Of a DNA stretch of 64,000 bases, positions 40,568 to 49,588 are shown piece by piece. Position 1 is the first letter of the stretch. The number at the start of each line of letters is the position of its first letter. The position numbers and the translations under genes are program-made. The DNA is taken from the NCBI GenBank assembly GCA_963719505.1, contig CAVRCF010000002.1, positions 128,001-192,000 on the forward strand, written 5' to 3'. The notes beneath the pieces are model-generated. The model was not told the origin of the DNA. It saw only the letters and a list, made by a program, of their open reading frames with translations, and searched no databases. The DNA is from Halobacteriovoraceae bacterium. GTDB taxonomy: Bacteria > Bdellovibrionota > Bacteriovoracia > Bacteriovoracales > Bacteriovoracaceae.

Positions 40568-40594
40568 AAGGGTCTGTGTTTCAGGCCCTTTTTT
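40568..40594 (+). terminator. Intrinsic terminator
   Basis: AAGGGTCTG-loop-CAGGCCCTT plus T-run. Confidence 0.8.
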
Positions 40595-40652
40595 ATTTTT
40601 TGAAACAGGGTCAATCTGCCTGACTCACCTCATCAGAAGTTAGCTTTTTTTT

Positions 40653-40679
40653 ATAGACGGGACAAAATGCCAGCGATAA
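40653..40679 (+). promoter_or_regulatory. Sigma28/FliA-like promoter of the repeat-lipoprotein operon
   Basis: ATAG-N15-AGCGATAA. Confidence 0.4.
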
Positions 40680-40714
40680 CAATTTAGTCAAGTAATAACA
40701 AAACGGAGAGGACA

Positions 40715-41809
40715 ATGAAGATTAAACACTTATTCATGGGATCGCTATTGATTATCTCTTTTGGTTGTAAGAAAAAATACCAAGAGGGCTACAATGCGGG
40801 GTACGACGTCGGTCACGAAGAGGGCTACGCAGAAACATACGACTCGGGTTATGCCGATGGAAACTCAGAAGGTCTAGCGACTGGTTTTGATAGCGGTTAC
40901 GTCGATGGTTTTGAATCAGGACATGTAACGGGATTTAGTAATGCAAGGGGTGATTTTGCATCAGCTGAATACGAACAAGGTTTTTCACAAGCGGAAGTTA
41001 TCGGCTACGACGAGGGATACGACTTTGGAAATGCTGAGGGGACGGCCCTTGGAACAACTGAGGGTTATGCTGATGGTTATGAGCTCTCTTATAATGCAGC
41101 TTATGGTTTTCATTATAGACAGCAATATGATGTTGGTTACGATATTGGTTTTGATAATGAATACGATAATGGTTACGACGACGGTTCAATAGATGGATAC
41201 AATAATGGTTATAATAACGGATACGATGACGGATATGATGATCAAGTAAGTGAAAACTACGATCACGGGTACGACGATGGTTATGATGACGGATATGACG
41301 ATGGTTATAGTGACGGTTATGGATCGAGTACAGCTTCAAAAAATCCTTATGTAAAACTTATTTCAATGGTTAATGCTGATCTTGTTGATTACTCAAAGGT
41401 GAGAAAGTTTGATGCTCAATCTGTTAGTGAGTCCATGGGCTCAAATACAGCTGATGCAGGGACTGTCGATATGGGTAAACTTGCAGCTCTTAAGGAGAAT
41501 CACTACCTTGGACAAATTTCAAATCAATTACAAAGTAAATTTGGTCTTTCAAATAAGTCGGCAAGACAAGTGTCTTTAGTTGTTCATCAATATAATAAGC
41601 TTGCGGGTTCAAGAAGTTTAACGGAAGCCGATGCAAAAGCTTTCTCTCAAAACTTAATTGGATTTGATATCTCAACTGTTGAGGGAGCTTTTAAAGAATC
41701 ACTTAAAGGGGATTCAGCAAGACTTAATGGAATGCTAGAGCAGGCGAGTTCAAAACTGGGAACAAGCCCAGAGAACTTTAACCAAATGATCTCAACGATC
41801 TTTTTCTAG
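40715..41809 (+). CDS. G-Y-x-x repeat lipoprotein, type A short
   Basis: Lipobox SFGC; tetrad repeats; conserved head ending IFF. Confidence 0.85.
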   Translation: MKIKHLFMGSLLIISFGCKKKYQEGYNAGYDVGHEEGYAETYDSGYADGNSEGLATGFDSGYVDGFESGHVTGFSNARGDFASAEYEQGFSQAEVIGYDEGYDFGNAEGTALGTTEGYADGYELSYNAAYGFHYRQQYDVGYDIGFDNEYDNGYDDGSIDGYNNGYNNGYDDGYDDQVSENYDHGYDDGYDDGYDDGYSDGYGSSTASKNPYVKLISMVNADLVDYSKVRKFDAQSVSESMGSNTADAGTVDMGKLAALKENHYLGQISNQLQSKFGLSNKSARQVSLVVHQYNKLAGSRSLTEADAKAFSQNLIGFDISTVEGAFKESLKGDSARLNGMLEQASSKLGTSPENFNQMISTIFF

Positions 41810-41841
41810 TTTTATTTAATATAAAAATTATAAGGACAGAT

Positions 41842-42972
41842 ATGAAAAACTTAATACTTATGACAATTCTTGCTTTCTCTTTTCTAGCAACGAGCTGCAA
41901 GAAAAAATACGAAGAAGGATTCGCTGCCGGAAAACTCGACGGACATGCTGACGGAAGAGTCGCAGGTTACGATGAAGGCTTTAGTGCAGGAAATGAAGCT
42001 GGATTAACTCAAGGCTATACTGAAGGATTTACTCAAGGCTCTACTGACGGTGAAGCTCAAGGTTATATCGACGGCGAAGTTTATTTTGCAACAGCTGGTT
42101 TTGATGAAGGAACAACTGATGGATACGCTTTTGGTTATGACAACGGAAACGCTGATGGTTTTGATATAGGTTATACGACAGCTTACGACGAAAACTATAT
42201 CTTAGGTCGAGCAGACGGAAACGAAGACGGAGAGCCAGTGGGAGCTGCCGACGGTTACTCTGATGGGATCGTCGACGGTGAGATCGATGGTTATAACACA
42301 GGTTATGACAATGGTTATGATGACAACTATTGGCGTGGATACAACAACGGATACGATGACGGAGAGTATAGCGCTGGTAATACTGGATACAGTTCAGGTT
42401 ATAACTCAGGTTACTCTTCAGGTTATTCTTCGGGATATAGTGATGGTGAATGGGATACTCCTTCAGATGACTCCGACTCTGATGGGTACGGAAGTTCTGG
42501 AAAATCAAGTAACCCTCAAGTAAGGCTTATTGCAATGATTAACCAAGATCTTTTTGAGTACTCTAAGCTTCAAAAATTTGATCCTGAATCGGCAACTCTT
42601 GTTATGAGTCACGCTGATAATGGAACAGTTGATATGGGTAAACTTGCCGCTCTTAAAGAGCAACATTACTTAAACCAGATGGCCCACAAGCTTAATGCAA
42701 AATTTGGTCTAGCGACTGATAGAGCTAAAGAGATTGCAAAAGTGGCGCATCAGTTTAATAAACTCGCAGGAAGTCGTGAGCTTACAGATAAAGATGCAGA
42801 TATTTTTGCAAAAGAAGTGATCGGTGTGAATTTTAAAGACGTTGAAGCTGCAGTTCAAGAGTCAATGCGTGGAAATTCAAATCTCTTAGATAAAGTATTA
42901 GGAGAGATTGCTTCGAAAAACGGGACGAGTCCTGAGAATATGAATGCAATGATCGGTTCAATTTTCTTTTAA
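41842..42972 (+). CDS. G-Y-x-x repeat lipoprotein, type B short
   Basis: Lipobox ATSC; repeats; head MINQDLFEYSKLQKFD. Confidence 0.85.
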   Translation: MKNLILMTILAFSFLATSCKKKYEEGFAAGKLDGHADGRVAGYDEGFSAGNEAGLTQGYTEGFTQGSTDGEAQGYIDGEVYFATAGFDEGTTDGYAFGYDNGNADGFDIGYTTAYDENYILGRADGNEDGEPVGAADGYSDGIVDGEIDGYNTGYDNGYDDNYWRGYNNGYDDGEYSAGNTGYSSGYNSGYSSGYSSGYSDGEWDTPSDDSDSDGYGSSGKSSNPQVRLIAMINQDLFEYSKLQKFDPESATLVMSHADNGTVDMGKLAALKEQHYLNQMAHKLNAKFGLATDRAKEIAKVAHQFNKLAGSRELTDKDADIFAKEVIGVNFKDVEAAVQESMRGNSNLLDKVLGEIASKNGTSPENMNAMIGSIFF

Positions 42973-42988
42973 CAGATAGGGAGTTTAA

Positions 42989-44485
42989 ATGAAGAATAGA
43001 TTTATAAATCTTCTTGTATTGTCTTCTTTGATGGTGGGTTGTAAAGCCAAGTATCAAGAAGGGTATAGCGCAGGATTTGATAGTGGTTACGAAGAAGGGT
43101 ACGACGGAGCTTATTCCAACTCTTACTCTCAAGGTCAAGGGGATGGAACGTCTCAGGGACACAGTGATGGTTTTAACCAAGGTCATGCTGAAGGGTATGA
43201 TGTGGGTTACGATCAGGCTTATGTGGAATTTGCACAAAGCGATTTCGACAACGGTGAAGCTGATGGTCAAGTTGCAGGATTCAATCAAGGTGTTGCCGAT
43301 GGTGGCGTGGTTGGTCTTGGTGATGGTCAAAATGCTGGTCAAACTGAAGGCTATCAAAATGGTTATAATACAGGTCACTCAGTGGGATACAATGAAACTT
43401 ATCAAAGTGGATTCGATTCAACTTATAGCGGTGCTTACAACGGTGGTTACACAGATGGTTTGGCCGATGGTTTTGGAAACGGACAAGCGATAGGAAACTC
43501 CGACGGACAAAGTGATGGTTATACTACAGGTTATAATCAAACTTATAACGGGGCTTTTAATCAAGGTGAAAATGCTGGTTATGCCGATGGTTATGATTCA
43601 GCTTATGATCCCGCTTATAACTCAGCTTTTAACGAAGGTGAAAATGACGGAGCGGATGACGCTTTTAATGAAGGCTATGATGATGGCTATGCCACAAGCT
43701 ATGATAGTTCATACAGCTCTCACTATAATTCTTCATACAACTCAGCTTATAATTCAGCTTACAACTCAGCTTATAATGAAGGGGATGATGATGCGTATGC
43801 CGACTCATACAACTCAGCTTATGATGCGGCTTTTGATGATGAATACGACTACGGTTACGCCGATGGATTTGACGACGAATACTACTCCTCTTATGACTCG
43901 GGCTACAGCTCGGGGGATGCAGATGGGTACAGTGATGGCTACAGCTATGGATACGATGATGGATGGGATGATGGTTACGACTATGCCCTGGGCTTTTCAT
44001 CGACATCAAAAAATCCAAGTGTAAGAATTGCAGCTCTCGTTAACGCCGATCTTATTAACTACTCAGCACTTCCTCGTTTTGAAAGTCGCTCAGCACTTGA
44101 GAGCGGATCAATTGTTCTGTCTCACGCCGATGGTGGAAGTGTTGATATGGAAAAACTTGGAGCGATGAAAGAGCAGCACTATTTAAATGCTATGAGCTCT
44201 CAACTCGAGTCTCGTTTTGGTCTTTCAAAAGAGTCCTCTCAAAAGATGGCCCTCGTTGCCCACCAGTTTAATAAGATTGCAGGCTCTAGAGAAATGACTG
44301 ATGCCGATGCTTCGACATTTACCAAAAAGCTTATCGGTTTTGATATGACTGAAATCGATGGTGCTGTAAGACAGTCAATGCGAGGCGATTCAAACCGTTT
44401 GGATCAAATTATGCAAACGGCTTCGCAATCAGTGGGAACAAGTCCCGAACAATTTAACTCAATGATTCAAACAATATTTTTCTAA
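42989..44485 (+). CDS. G-Y-x-x repeat lipoprotein, type A long
   Basis: Lipobox MVGC; repeats; head KNP...VNADL as in gene 1. Confidence 0.85.
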   Translation: MKNRFINLLVLSSLMVGCKAKYQEGYSAGFDSGYEEGYDGAYSNSYSQGQGDGTSQGHSDGFNQGHAEGYDVGYDQAYVEFAQSDFDNGEADGQVAGFNQGVADGGVVGLGDGQNAGQTEGYQNGYNTGHSVGYNETYQSGFDSTYSGAYNGGYTDGLADGFGNGQAIGNSDGQSDGYTTGYNQTYNGAFNQGENAGYADGYDSAYDPAYNSAFNEGENDGADDAFNEGYDDGYATSYDSSYSSHYNSSYNSAYNSAYNSAYNEGDDDAYADSYNSAYDAAFDDEYDYGYADGFDDEYYSSYDSGYSSGDADGYSDGYSYGYDDGWDDGYDYALGFSSTSKNPSVRIAALVNADLINYSALPRFESRSALESGSIVLSHADGGSVDMEKLGAMKEQHYLNAMSSQLESRFGLSKESSQKMALVAHQFNKIAGSREMTDADASTFTKKLIGFDMTEIDGAVRQSMRGDSNRLDQIMQTASQSVGTSPEQFNSMIQTIFF

Positions 44486-44497
44486 AAGGGAAGACAA

Positions 44498-45982
44498 ATG
44501 AAAAACGTAATACTACTTATCATTGCAATCACCTTTTTAGGGACAGGTTGTAAGAAAAAATACGAAGAAGGTTTTGCAGCCGGAAGAGTGGATGGTCTCT
44601 CTGAAGGAACGGCAGATGGAAGTGCAACCGGTTATAACGATGGTTTTAATAGCACCTACCAAGGAGCTTTTAACGATGGTCATAGTGAAGGTGTAACCGC
44701 TGGAACGAATGATGGTTTTAACGACGGTGAAGCTTTTTACTCTTCACAAGACAATTATCAAAATGGTTTCGACCAAGGGTACGCGGATCAATACAACCCG
44801 GGTTACTCGCAAGGTTATGATGATCAATATGCAGCAGGTTATGCTCAGACTTATCAAGGGGCCTTTAATAACGGTGAAGCCGTGGGTTACCAAGAAGGAC
44901 TTGTAAATGGTTTTCAAACTGGACAAGCGGATGGAACTTCTACTGGGTACAGCGATGGATACAATGACGGAGAAGCGGTAAACTTTCAAGCCGGTTATAA
45001 TAATGGTTATAGCTCTGGTCTTCAAACTGGTCTGCAAAATGGTCAGACTGCCGGTCAAACGGAAGGTTTTAATAATGGTTATACTGTTGGGCACTCTTCT
45101 GGTTCAAGTGATGGCCATAGTGATGGTGATAGTGACGGGTACGCCGATGGTTATAATGCTGGAGACAGTTATTCAAATTACCAGCAAGGTCAAAATGCCG
45201 GTTCAAGTGACGGAAACTATGATGGATCAAATCATGGCTCAAGTGATGGAGCGAATGATGGGGCCTACTATGGTGACGGAGATGGTTATAGCGATGGGTA
45301 CGCTGATGGGCAAAACTCAGGAACCTATGATGGAGACTATGATGGGGCCAATGCTGGATATAGCGCTGGTTACTCAGATGGTGCATGGGATGGTTCAGGT
45401 TCTGGCTTTGATGATGGGTATTATGATGGTTATGATGATTCATTTGATTACGGTTACGATGATGGATATGACGATGGATGGGATGATGGCTACTACGCTG
45501 GATCGAGTTCAAAAATAAATAATCCTCAGGCGAAACTGATGGCCATGATTAACCAAGATCTTTTTGAATATTCAAAACTTCAAAAGTTCGATGGATCAGT
45601 GGCGACAATCGGATTAAGCCACGCGGATAACGGAACAGTTGATATGGGGAAACTTGCGGCCCTTAAAGAGCAGCATTATCTCAATCAGATGGCCAATCAG
45701 CTTAACTCAAAATTTGGTCTCTCTGCTGATCGCGCTAAAGAGATTGCAAAAGTTGCTCATCAATTTAATATGCTCGCTGGAAGTCGTGAACTGACGGAAA
45801 AAGATGCAGACATCTTTGCCACTGAAGTTATCGGTGTGAATTTGAAAGAAGTCGAAGGTGCAGTAAAAGAATCGATGAGAGGAAACTCAAATCTATTAGA
45901 TAAAGTTTTAGAGAGGATCGCTTCAAAGAACGGTACAAGTTCTGAGAATGTAAATGCTATGATTAGCACTATCTTCTTCTAA
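44498..45982 (+). CDS. G-Y-x-x repeat lipoprotein, type B long
   Basis: Lipobox GTGC; repeats; head very similar to gene 2. Confidence 0.85.
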   Translation: MKNVILLIIAITFLGTGCKKKYEEGFAAGRVDGLSEGTADGSATGYNDGFNSTYQGAFNDGHSEGVTAGTNDGFNDGEAFYSSQDNYQNGFDQGYADQYNPGYSQGYDDQYAAGYAQTYQGAFNNGEAVGYQEGLVNGFQTGQADGTSTGYSDGYNDGEAVNFQAGYNNGYSSGLQTGLQNGQTAGQTEGFNNGYTVGHSSGSSDGHSDGDSDGYADGYNAGDSYSNYQQGQNAGSSDGNYDGSNHGSSDGANDGAYYGDGDGYSDGYADGQNSGTYDGDYDGANAGYSAGYSDGAWDGSGSGFDDGYYDGYDDSFDYGYDDGYDDGWDDGYYAGSSSKINNPQAKLMAMINQDLFEYSKLQKFDGSVATIGLSHADNGTVDMGKLAALKEQHYLNQMANQLNSKFGLSADRAKEIAKVAHQFNMLAGSRELTEKDADIFATEVIGVNLKEVEGAVKESMRGNSNLLDKVLERIASKNGTSSENVNAMISTIFF

Positions 45983-46000
45983 AAATGTTCTCAAGCTATT

Positions 46001-46031
46001 TGTGGGTCTTTTTTAAGTGTTTAGGCCCACA
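46001..46031 (+). terminator. Possible terminator hairpin after the lipoprotein operon
   Basis: TGTGGGTCT...AGGCCCACA, weak T-tail. Confidence 0.45.
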
Positions 46032-46101
46032 TTTAGTTTATTATCCCTCCCAAATGCCTATTGACCTCGACAGTTTATAATAGATAGTGAACACTAGAGA
46101 C

Positions 46102-46494
46102 ATGAATAAACCTATCATCTTTTTCGACGGTGTCTGCTCCCTTTGTAATGGGTTTGTGGACTTTATTTTTAAGTTCGATAAAAAAGAAAAACTTCTGGTG
46201 GCTTCCTTACAAGGACAGAGCGCCAAAGAGAAACTCTCTGATGAGTACATTGATGATATGAATACCATTGTTTTACTTATGGACGGAGAAATCTACACCA
46301 AGTCCCAAGCGGTCTTAAAGGCGGTTAAACTTTTTGGTCTGCCTTGGTCACTTCTAAGTGTCTTTTTAATCGTGCCAGCATTCATAAGAGATTTTATTTA
46401 TAAGAAAGTTTCAAAAAACAGATATAAACTTTTTGGCAAAAAAGACAGCTGTCGCATGCCGACGCAAAGTGAAAAAGAAAGATTTCTAGACTAG
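46102..46494 (+). CDS. DCC-family thiol-disulfide oxidoreductase (YuxK-like)
   Basis: FFDGVCSLC, ASLQG, RDFIY..V..NRY..FG...C. Confidence 0.9.
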   Translation: MNKPIIFFDGVCSLCNGFVDFIFKFDKKEKLLVASLQGQSAKEKLSDEYIDDMNTIVLLMDGEIYTKSQAVLKAVKLFGLPWSLLSVFLIVPAFIRDFIYKKVSKNRYKLFGKKDSCRMPTQSEKERFLD

Positions 46495-46501
46495 AGGATA
46501 T

Positions 46502-47158
46502 ATGAATAGAAAAGCTATAGTTATTGGGGCCACAGGGGTCGTGGGACGTGAAATCGTAAAGCTTCTTGGAGAAGACGATAACTACTCCGAAGTGGTGACC
46601 TTCACCAGACGCGTGGTGGACTTTGATAATCCCAAAATTCTAAACTATGTAATCGATTTTTCTGAGATTGAAAAGTATGAAGACCTTATTGAAGGGGAGT
46701 ATTTATTCTCGGCCCTTGGGACGACGAAATCTCAAGCGGGAAGTGTGGAGAATCAAAGGATTGTCGATGTGGACTACCAGTTTCAATTTGCAAAGCTTGC
46801 CGCTCAAAATGGCGTGCATCATTATCATCTGGTTTCATCCCCTGGGGCGGATGGGCAAAGTTCAAATGATTACCTTAAAATGAAAGGGGCTTTAGAGGAT
46901 AAGGTGAAAGAGCTGGATTTTGCATCCACCACCTTTTATAAACCCTCCCTTATCGATGGGGATAGAGAGGATACAAGAGTGGCCGAGAAAATTGGAATGG
47001 TATTGGCCACACCCTTAAAGTTTATTCCCGGTCTTAATAAATATAGAAAAATCACCGGTCTGGAGATCGCAAAAAAGATGGTCTTTGAAGCCTCCAGGCG
47101 GGAAAGAGGCAAAAAAGAATACGTTTTAGATGAGTTATTTGATCTTGGAGAATCGTGA
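46502..47158 (+). CDS. NAD(P)-binding oxidoreductase (YraR/TIP30-like)
   Basis: VIGATGVVG, ALGTT, VSSPGAD, YLKMKG. Confidence 0.85.
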   Translation: MNRKAIVIGATGVVGREIVKLLGEDDNYSEVVTFTRRVVDFDNPKILNYVIDFSEIEKYEDLIEGEYLFSALGTTKSQAGSVENQRIVDVDYQFQFAKLAAQNGVHHYHLVSSPGADGQSSNDYLKMKGALEDKVKELDFASTTFYKPSLIDGDREDTRVAEKIGMVLATPLKFIPGLNKYRKITGLEIAKKMVFEASRRERGKKEYVLDELFDLGES

Positions 47159-47190
47159 TATAGTAAAGACAAATATATCAAGGAGAAAAA

Positions 47191-47370
47191 ATGAAATTAC
47201 TACAAACACTTCTACTAGCAACAACTTTACTTGGGCTTTCAAGCTGTGCAAGTCACTCTAAAAATAAATCGTGTTGTACTGGCGAAGGCGATAATAAAAC
47301 TTGTTCAATGGAAGGCAAGGCTTGTTGTACAAGTGGTGCATGTGATATCAAAAAGAAAAAAGAATCTTAA
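47191..47370 (+). CDS. Small Cys-rich lipoprotein (59 aa), absent from the ORF track
   Basis: AAGGAG RBS; MKLLQTLLLATTLLGLSSC ASHSKNKSCCTGEGDNKTCSMEGKACCTSGACDIKKKKES; followed by a terminator. Confidence 0.8.
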   Translation: MKLLQTLLLATTLLGLSSCASHSKNKSCCTGEGDNKTCSMEGKACCTSGACDIKKKKES

Positions 47371-47377
47371 AGAATAT

Positions 47378-47403
47378 GCCACTCGAAAGAGTGGCTTTTT
47401 TTT
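47378..47403 (+). terminator. Intrinsic terminator
   Basis: GCCACTC-GAAA-GAGTGGC plus T8. Confidence 0.9.
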
Positions 47404-47406
47404 GGT

Positions 47407-47934
47407 TTAATAGTCAGTTTTTTTCGTGAACTGATTTCTCTCAACCACAAAAATTTTATTATAGCTTGGCGTATAGATTATCAGATACTCTGAAATCCCA
47501 TTTTGAGCAACAACACCCATGATAGAAACTTCAGCATTTCTTGTGTTTACTTTTCTCATGATTGAATCGATTTCACTTTCACTAAGAGGCTCGTCTCCAT
47601 CAGCACTTGAAAAATCCAGTGTTAAAAGATCGAGAATTTCGTACTCTTCTGGAGAGTAAGTAAAGTCCACAGATTGAACTTCAACACCTTGAGAGCTCAG
47701 TCTCGCCTCAATATGCTGTTGAGTGTGAAGATACATAAGATCAATTGAAAATTGCGTTGTCTTCTCTTCAAGAGTTGGCGATTCAAAAGAGATGCACTTT
47801 GTCGTTTGGCAAAAGTTTGTCTTTAGGATCATGCTGTACGGGGCAGGTCTATTGAGTTCCGTTAATGAGATGGCCTCAAAAGCGAATCCTTTAAGTGAGA
47901 TAATGAGTGAAAGTAGTAAAAGTATGTTTTTCAT
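47407..47934 (-). CDS. Secreted hypothetical protein
   Basis: AAGGA RBS; signal peptide MKNILLLLSLIISLKGFA. Confidence 0.7.
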   Translation of the reverse strand: MKNILLLLSLIISLKGFAFEAISLTELNRPAPYSMILKTNFCQTTKCISFESPTLEEKTTQFSIDLMYLHTQQHIEARLSSQGVEVQSVDFTYSPEEYEILDLLTLDFSSADGDEPLSESEIDSIMRKVNTRNAEVSIMGVVAQNGISEYLIIYTPSYNKIFVVERNQFTKKTDY

Positions 47935-47946
47935 AGTGTCCTTATT

Positions 47947-47973
47947 TAGTCGGATACTAGCCTTTGACACTCA
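47947..47973 (-). promoter_or_regulatory. Sigma28/FliA-like promoter
   Basis: TGAG-N15-TCCGACTA on minus strand. Confidence 0.35.
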
Positions 47974-48086
47974 GCTTTAGAAATCTAAATTCAATTTGTT
48001 TCCTATCTATTTATTAGATACAAGAAAAACGAGTTTGACATGCCAAACAGATTGATTGTATTGTCTGTGAAAATCAAGGAGACTTT

Positions 48087-48458
48087 ATGAAAACACTTTT
48101 AATAGCATTATTACTTTCTACTGCGGCTTCTGCTCGTCAATATATCCAGTGCGCTGACTCAAATTCATGGGACAGAACAGTGATCAATCTCGACGGAGAA
48201 AACTCAACTCTTTTTATGACAACAGGCGTTCACGATCCAGATGAACTGAGAATCCTAAAAGATCTCGATTTTGTGGGAACGGATGAGTCGTTCACAACTT
48301 ATAAGACTGCAGGTGTCATTGAAGAGACAGTTGTGATCCCTAATGAATCTATCGGAGTGGCTTCAAGTTATTTTGAAGTTGAGATCACTTTGAAAAACAC
48401 CCAAAACCAAGCTCAAAGAACGAGAAGTGTTGGATGTTTTTCAAGTATCCATCATTAA
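48087..48458 (+). CDS. Small secreted hypothetical protein
   Basis: AGGAG RBS; signal peptide; one Cys near each end. Confidence 0.75.
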   Translation: MKTLLIALLLSTAASARQYIQCADSNSWDRTVINLDGENSTLFMTTGVHDPDELRILKDLDFVGTDESFTTYKTAGVIEETVVIPNESIGVASSYFEVEITLKNTQNQAQRTRSVGCFSSIHH

Positions 48459-49105
48459 TTAAACGGACAGACATTGAGCCCGCGCTGAGTTGCGGGCCTA
48501 TCCATACATCTCGAAAGCCAAGCATTAACATTTTTAAATTCTGAAAGTTTCAAAAATTCACCGGCCTCATAAAATTTATCTAAACACGATACCCATGGAA
48601 AAGTTGCAATATCGGCAATGGAAAAATCATCCACCAAATAATCGCGCCCCTCAAGTCTTTTATCGAGGACACCAAGAAGACGTCTGGTTTCATCGGCATA
48701 TCTTTTAACAGGGTAGGGATGATCGCACTTGTCACCTGCGTACTTATAAAAGTGACCAAACTGTCCAAACATGGGGCCGACTCCGGCCATTTGAAAAAAG
48801 AGCCACTGAATGGTCTCTAGTCTTTTTGTAGGATCTTTAGACAGAAGCTTTCCTGATTTTTCAGCGAGGTGTAAAAGAATGGCACCCGACTCCATGACGT
48901 TGACCTCTTTGCCGTCAGGGCCATTTGGATCGACGATGGCCGGAATCTTTGAGTTGGGATTAATCTTTTTAAACTCTTCGGTAAACTGATCATCGTTCAT
49001 TATGTTGATGGTATGAGCGTCGTACTCAATTCCCACCTCTTCAAGAGCGATGGATGCCTTTTGACCATTTGGTGTTGCAAGACTGTAGAGTTGGATTTTT
49101 TTCAT
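48455..49105 (-). CDS. Glutathione S-transferase (YfcG/YghU-like)
   Basis: TPNG.K, NPNSKIPA, ESGAIL, WLFFQM, SIADIA. Confidence 0.92.
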   Translation of the reverse strand: MKKIQLYSLATPNGQKASIALEEVGIEYDAHTINIMNDDQFTEEFKKINPNSKIPAIVDPNGPDGKEVNVMESGAILLHLAEKSGKLLSKDPTKRLETIQWLFFQMAGVGPMFGQFGHFYKYAGDKCDHPYPVKRYADETRRLLGVLDKRLEGRDYLVDDFSIADIATFPWVSCLDKFYEAGEFLKLSEFKNVNAWLSRCMDRPATQRGLNVCPFN

Positions 49106-49194
49106 TTTGTTATCCTCCATTTAATTTGTTAAGTTTTATTGGTGACTAAGTTTACGTTAACCTTACAGATAAATCTGTGTAGAAAACTACAAAT

Positions 49195-49587
49195 ATGATT
49201 AAAGTTGATCGATCCGAATTTTCATTTTCCTTCTCAAGGTCCTCTGGAGCTGGCGGTCAGAATGTTAATAAAGTGAATACCAAGGCCACACTAGTTTGGA
49301 ATATGACTGAGTCTGAAGCTTGTTCAAACTTTGTCAAAGAGCGCTTTGTAAGAAAATATAAAAGATTTTTAAGTGATGGGGTGGTCTCGATAAGCTCTCA
49401 AAAGTATCGCTCCCAGGCGCAAAATATTGAAGACTGCATTGATAAATTGCACGGGTATTTTGCACAAGTGGAATTCGCACCGAAGGTTCGAAAGAAAACC
49501 AAACCCAGTCGATCCAGTGTGATTAAAAATAAAGAAAAAAAGAAAAAAGACTCTCGCACGAAATCTCTTCGGCGAGAGAAGTTTTAA
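49195..49587 (+). CDS. arfB: Alternative ribosome rescue peptidyl-tRNA hydrolase
   Basis: SRSSGAGGQNVNKV; basic C-terminal tail. Confidence 0.93.
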   Translation: MIKVDRSEFSFSFSRSSGAGGQNVNKVNTKATLVWNMTESEACSNFVKERFVRKYKRFLSDGVVSISSQKYRSQAQNIEDCIDKLHGYFAQVEFAPKVRKKTKPSRSSVIKNKEKKKKDSRTKSLRREKF

Positions 49588-49588
49588 A

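Noticed and set aside
40941-45518. His/Arg-rich antisense ORFs and Met/Val-rich alternate-frame ORFs
   Set aside because: By-products of GGT-TAT-GAT repeat codons; no RBS or independent features.
40715-45982. Ice-nucleation protein, RTX repeats or CRISPR-like array
   Set aside because: Period is four residues, not the AGYGST-type 8/16-mer or GGxGxDxLx nonamer; DNA repeats are degenerate, coding and lack spacers.
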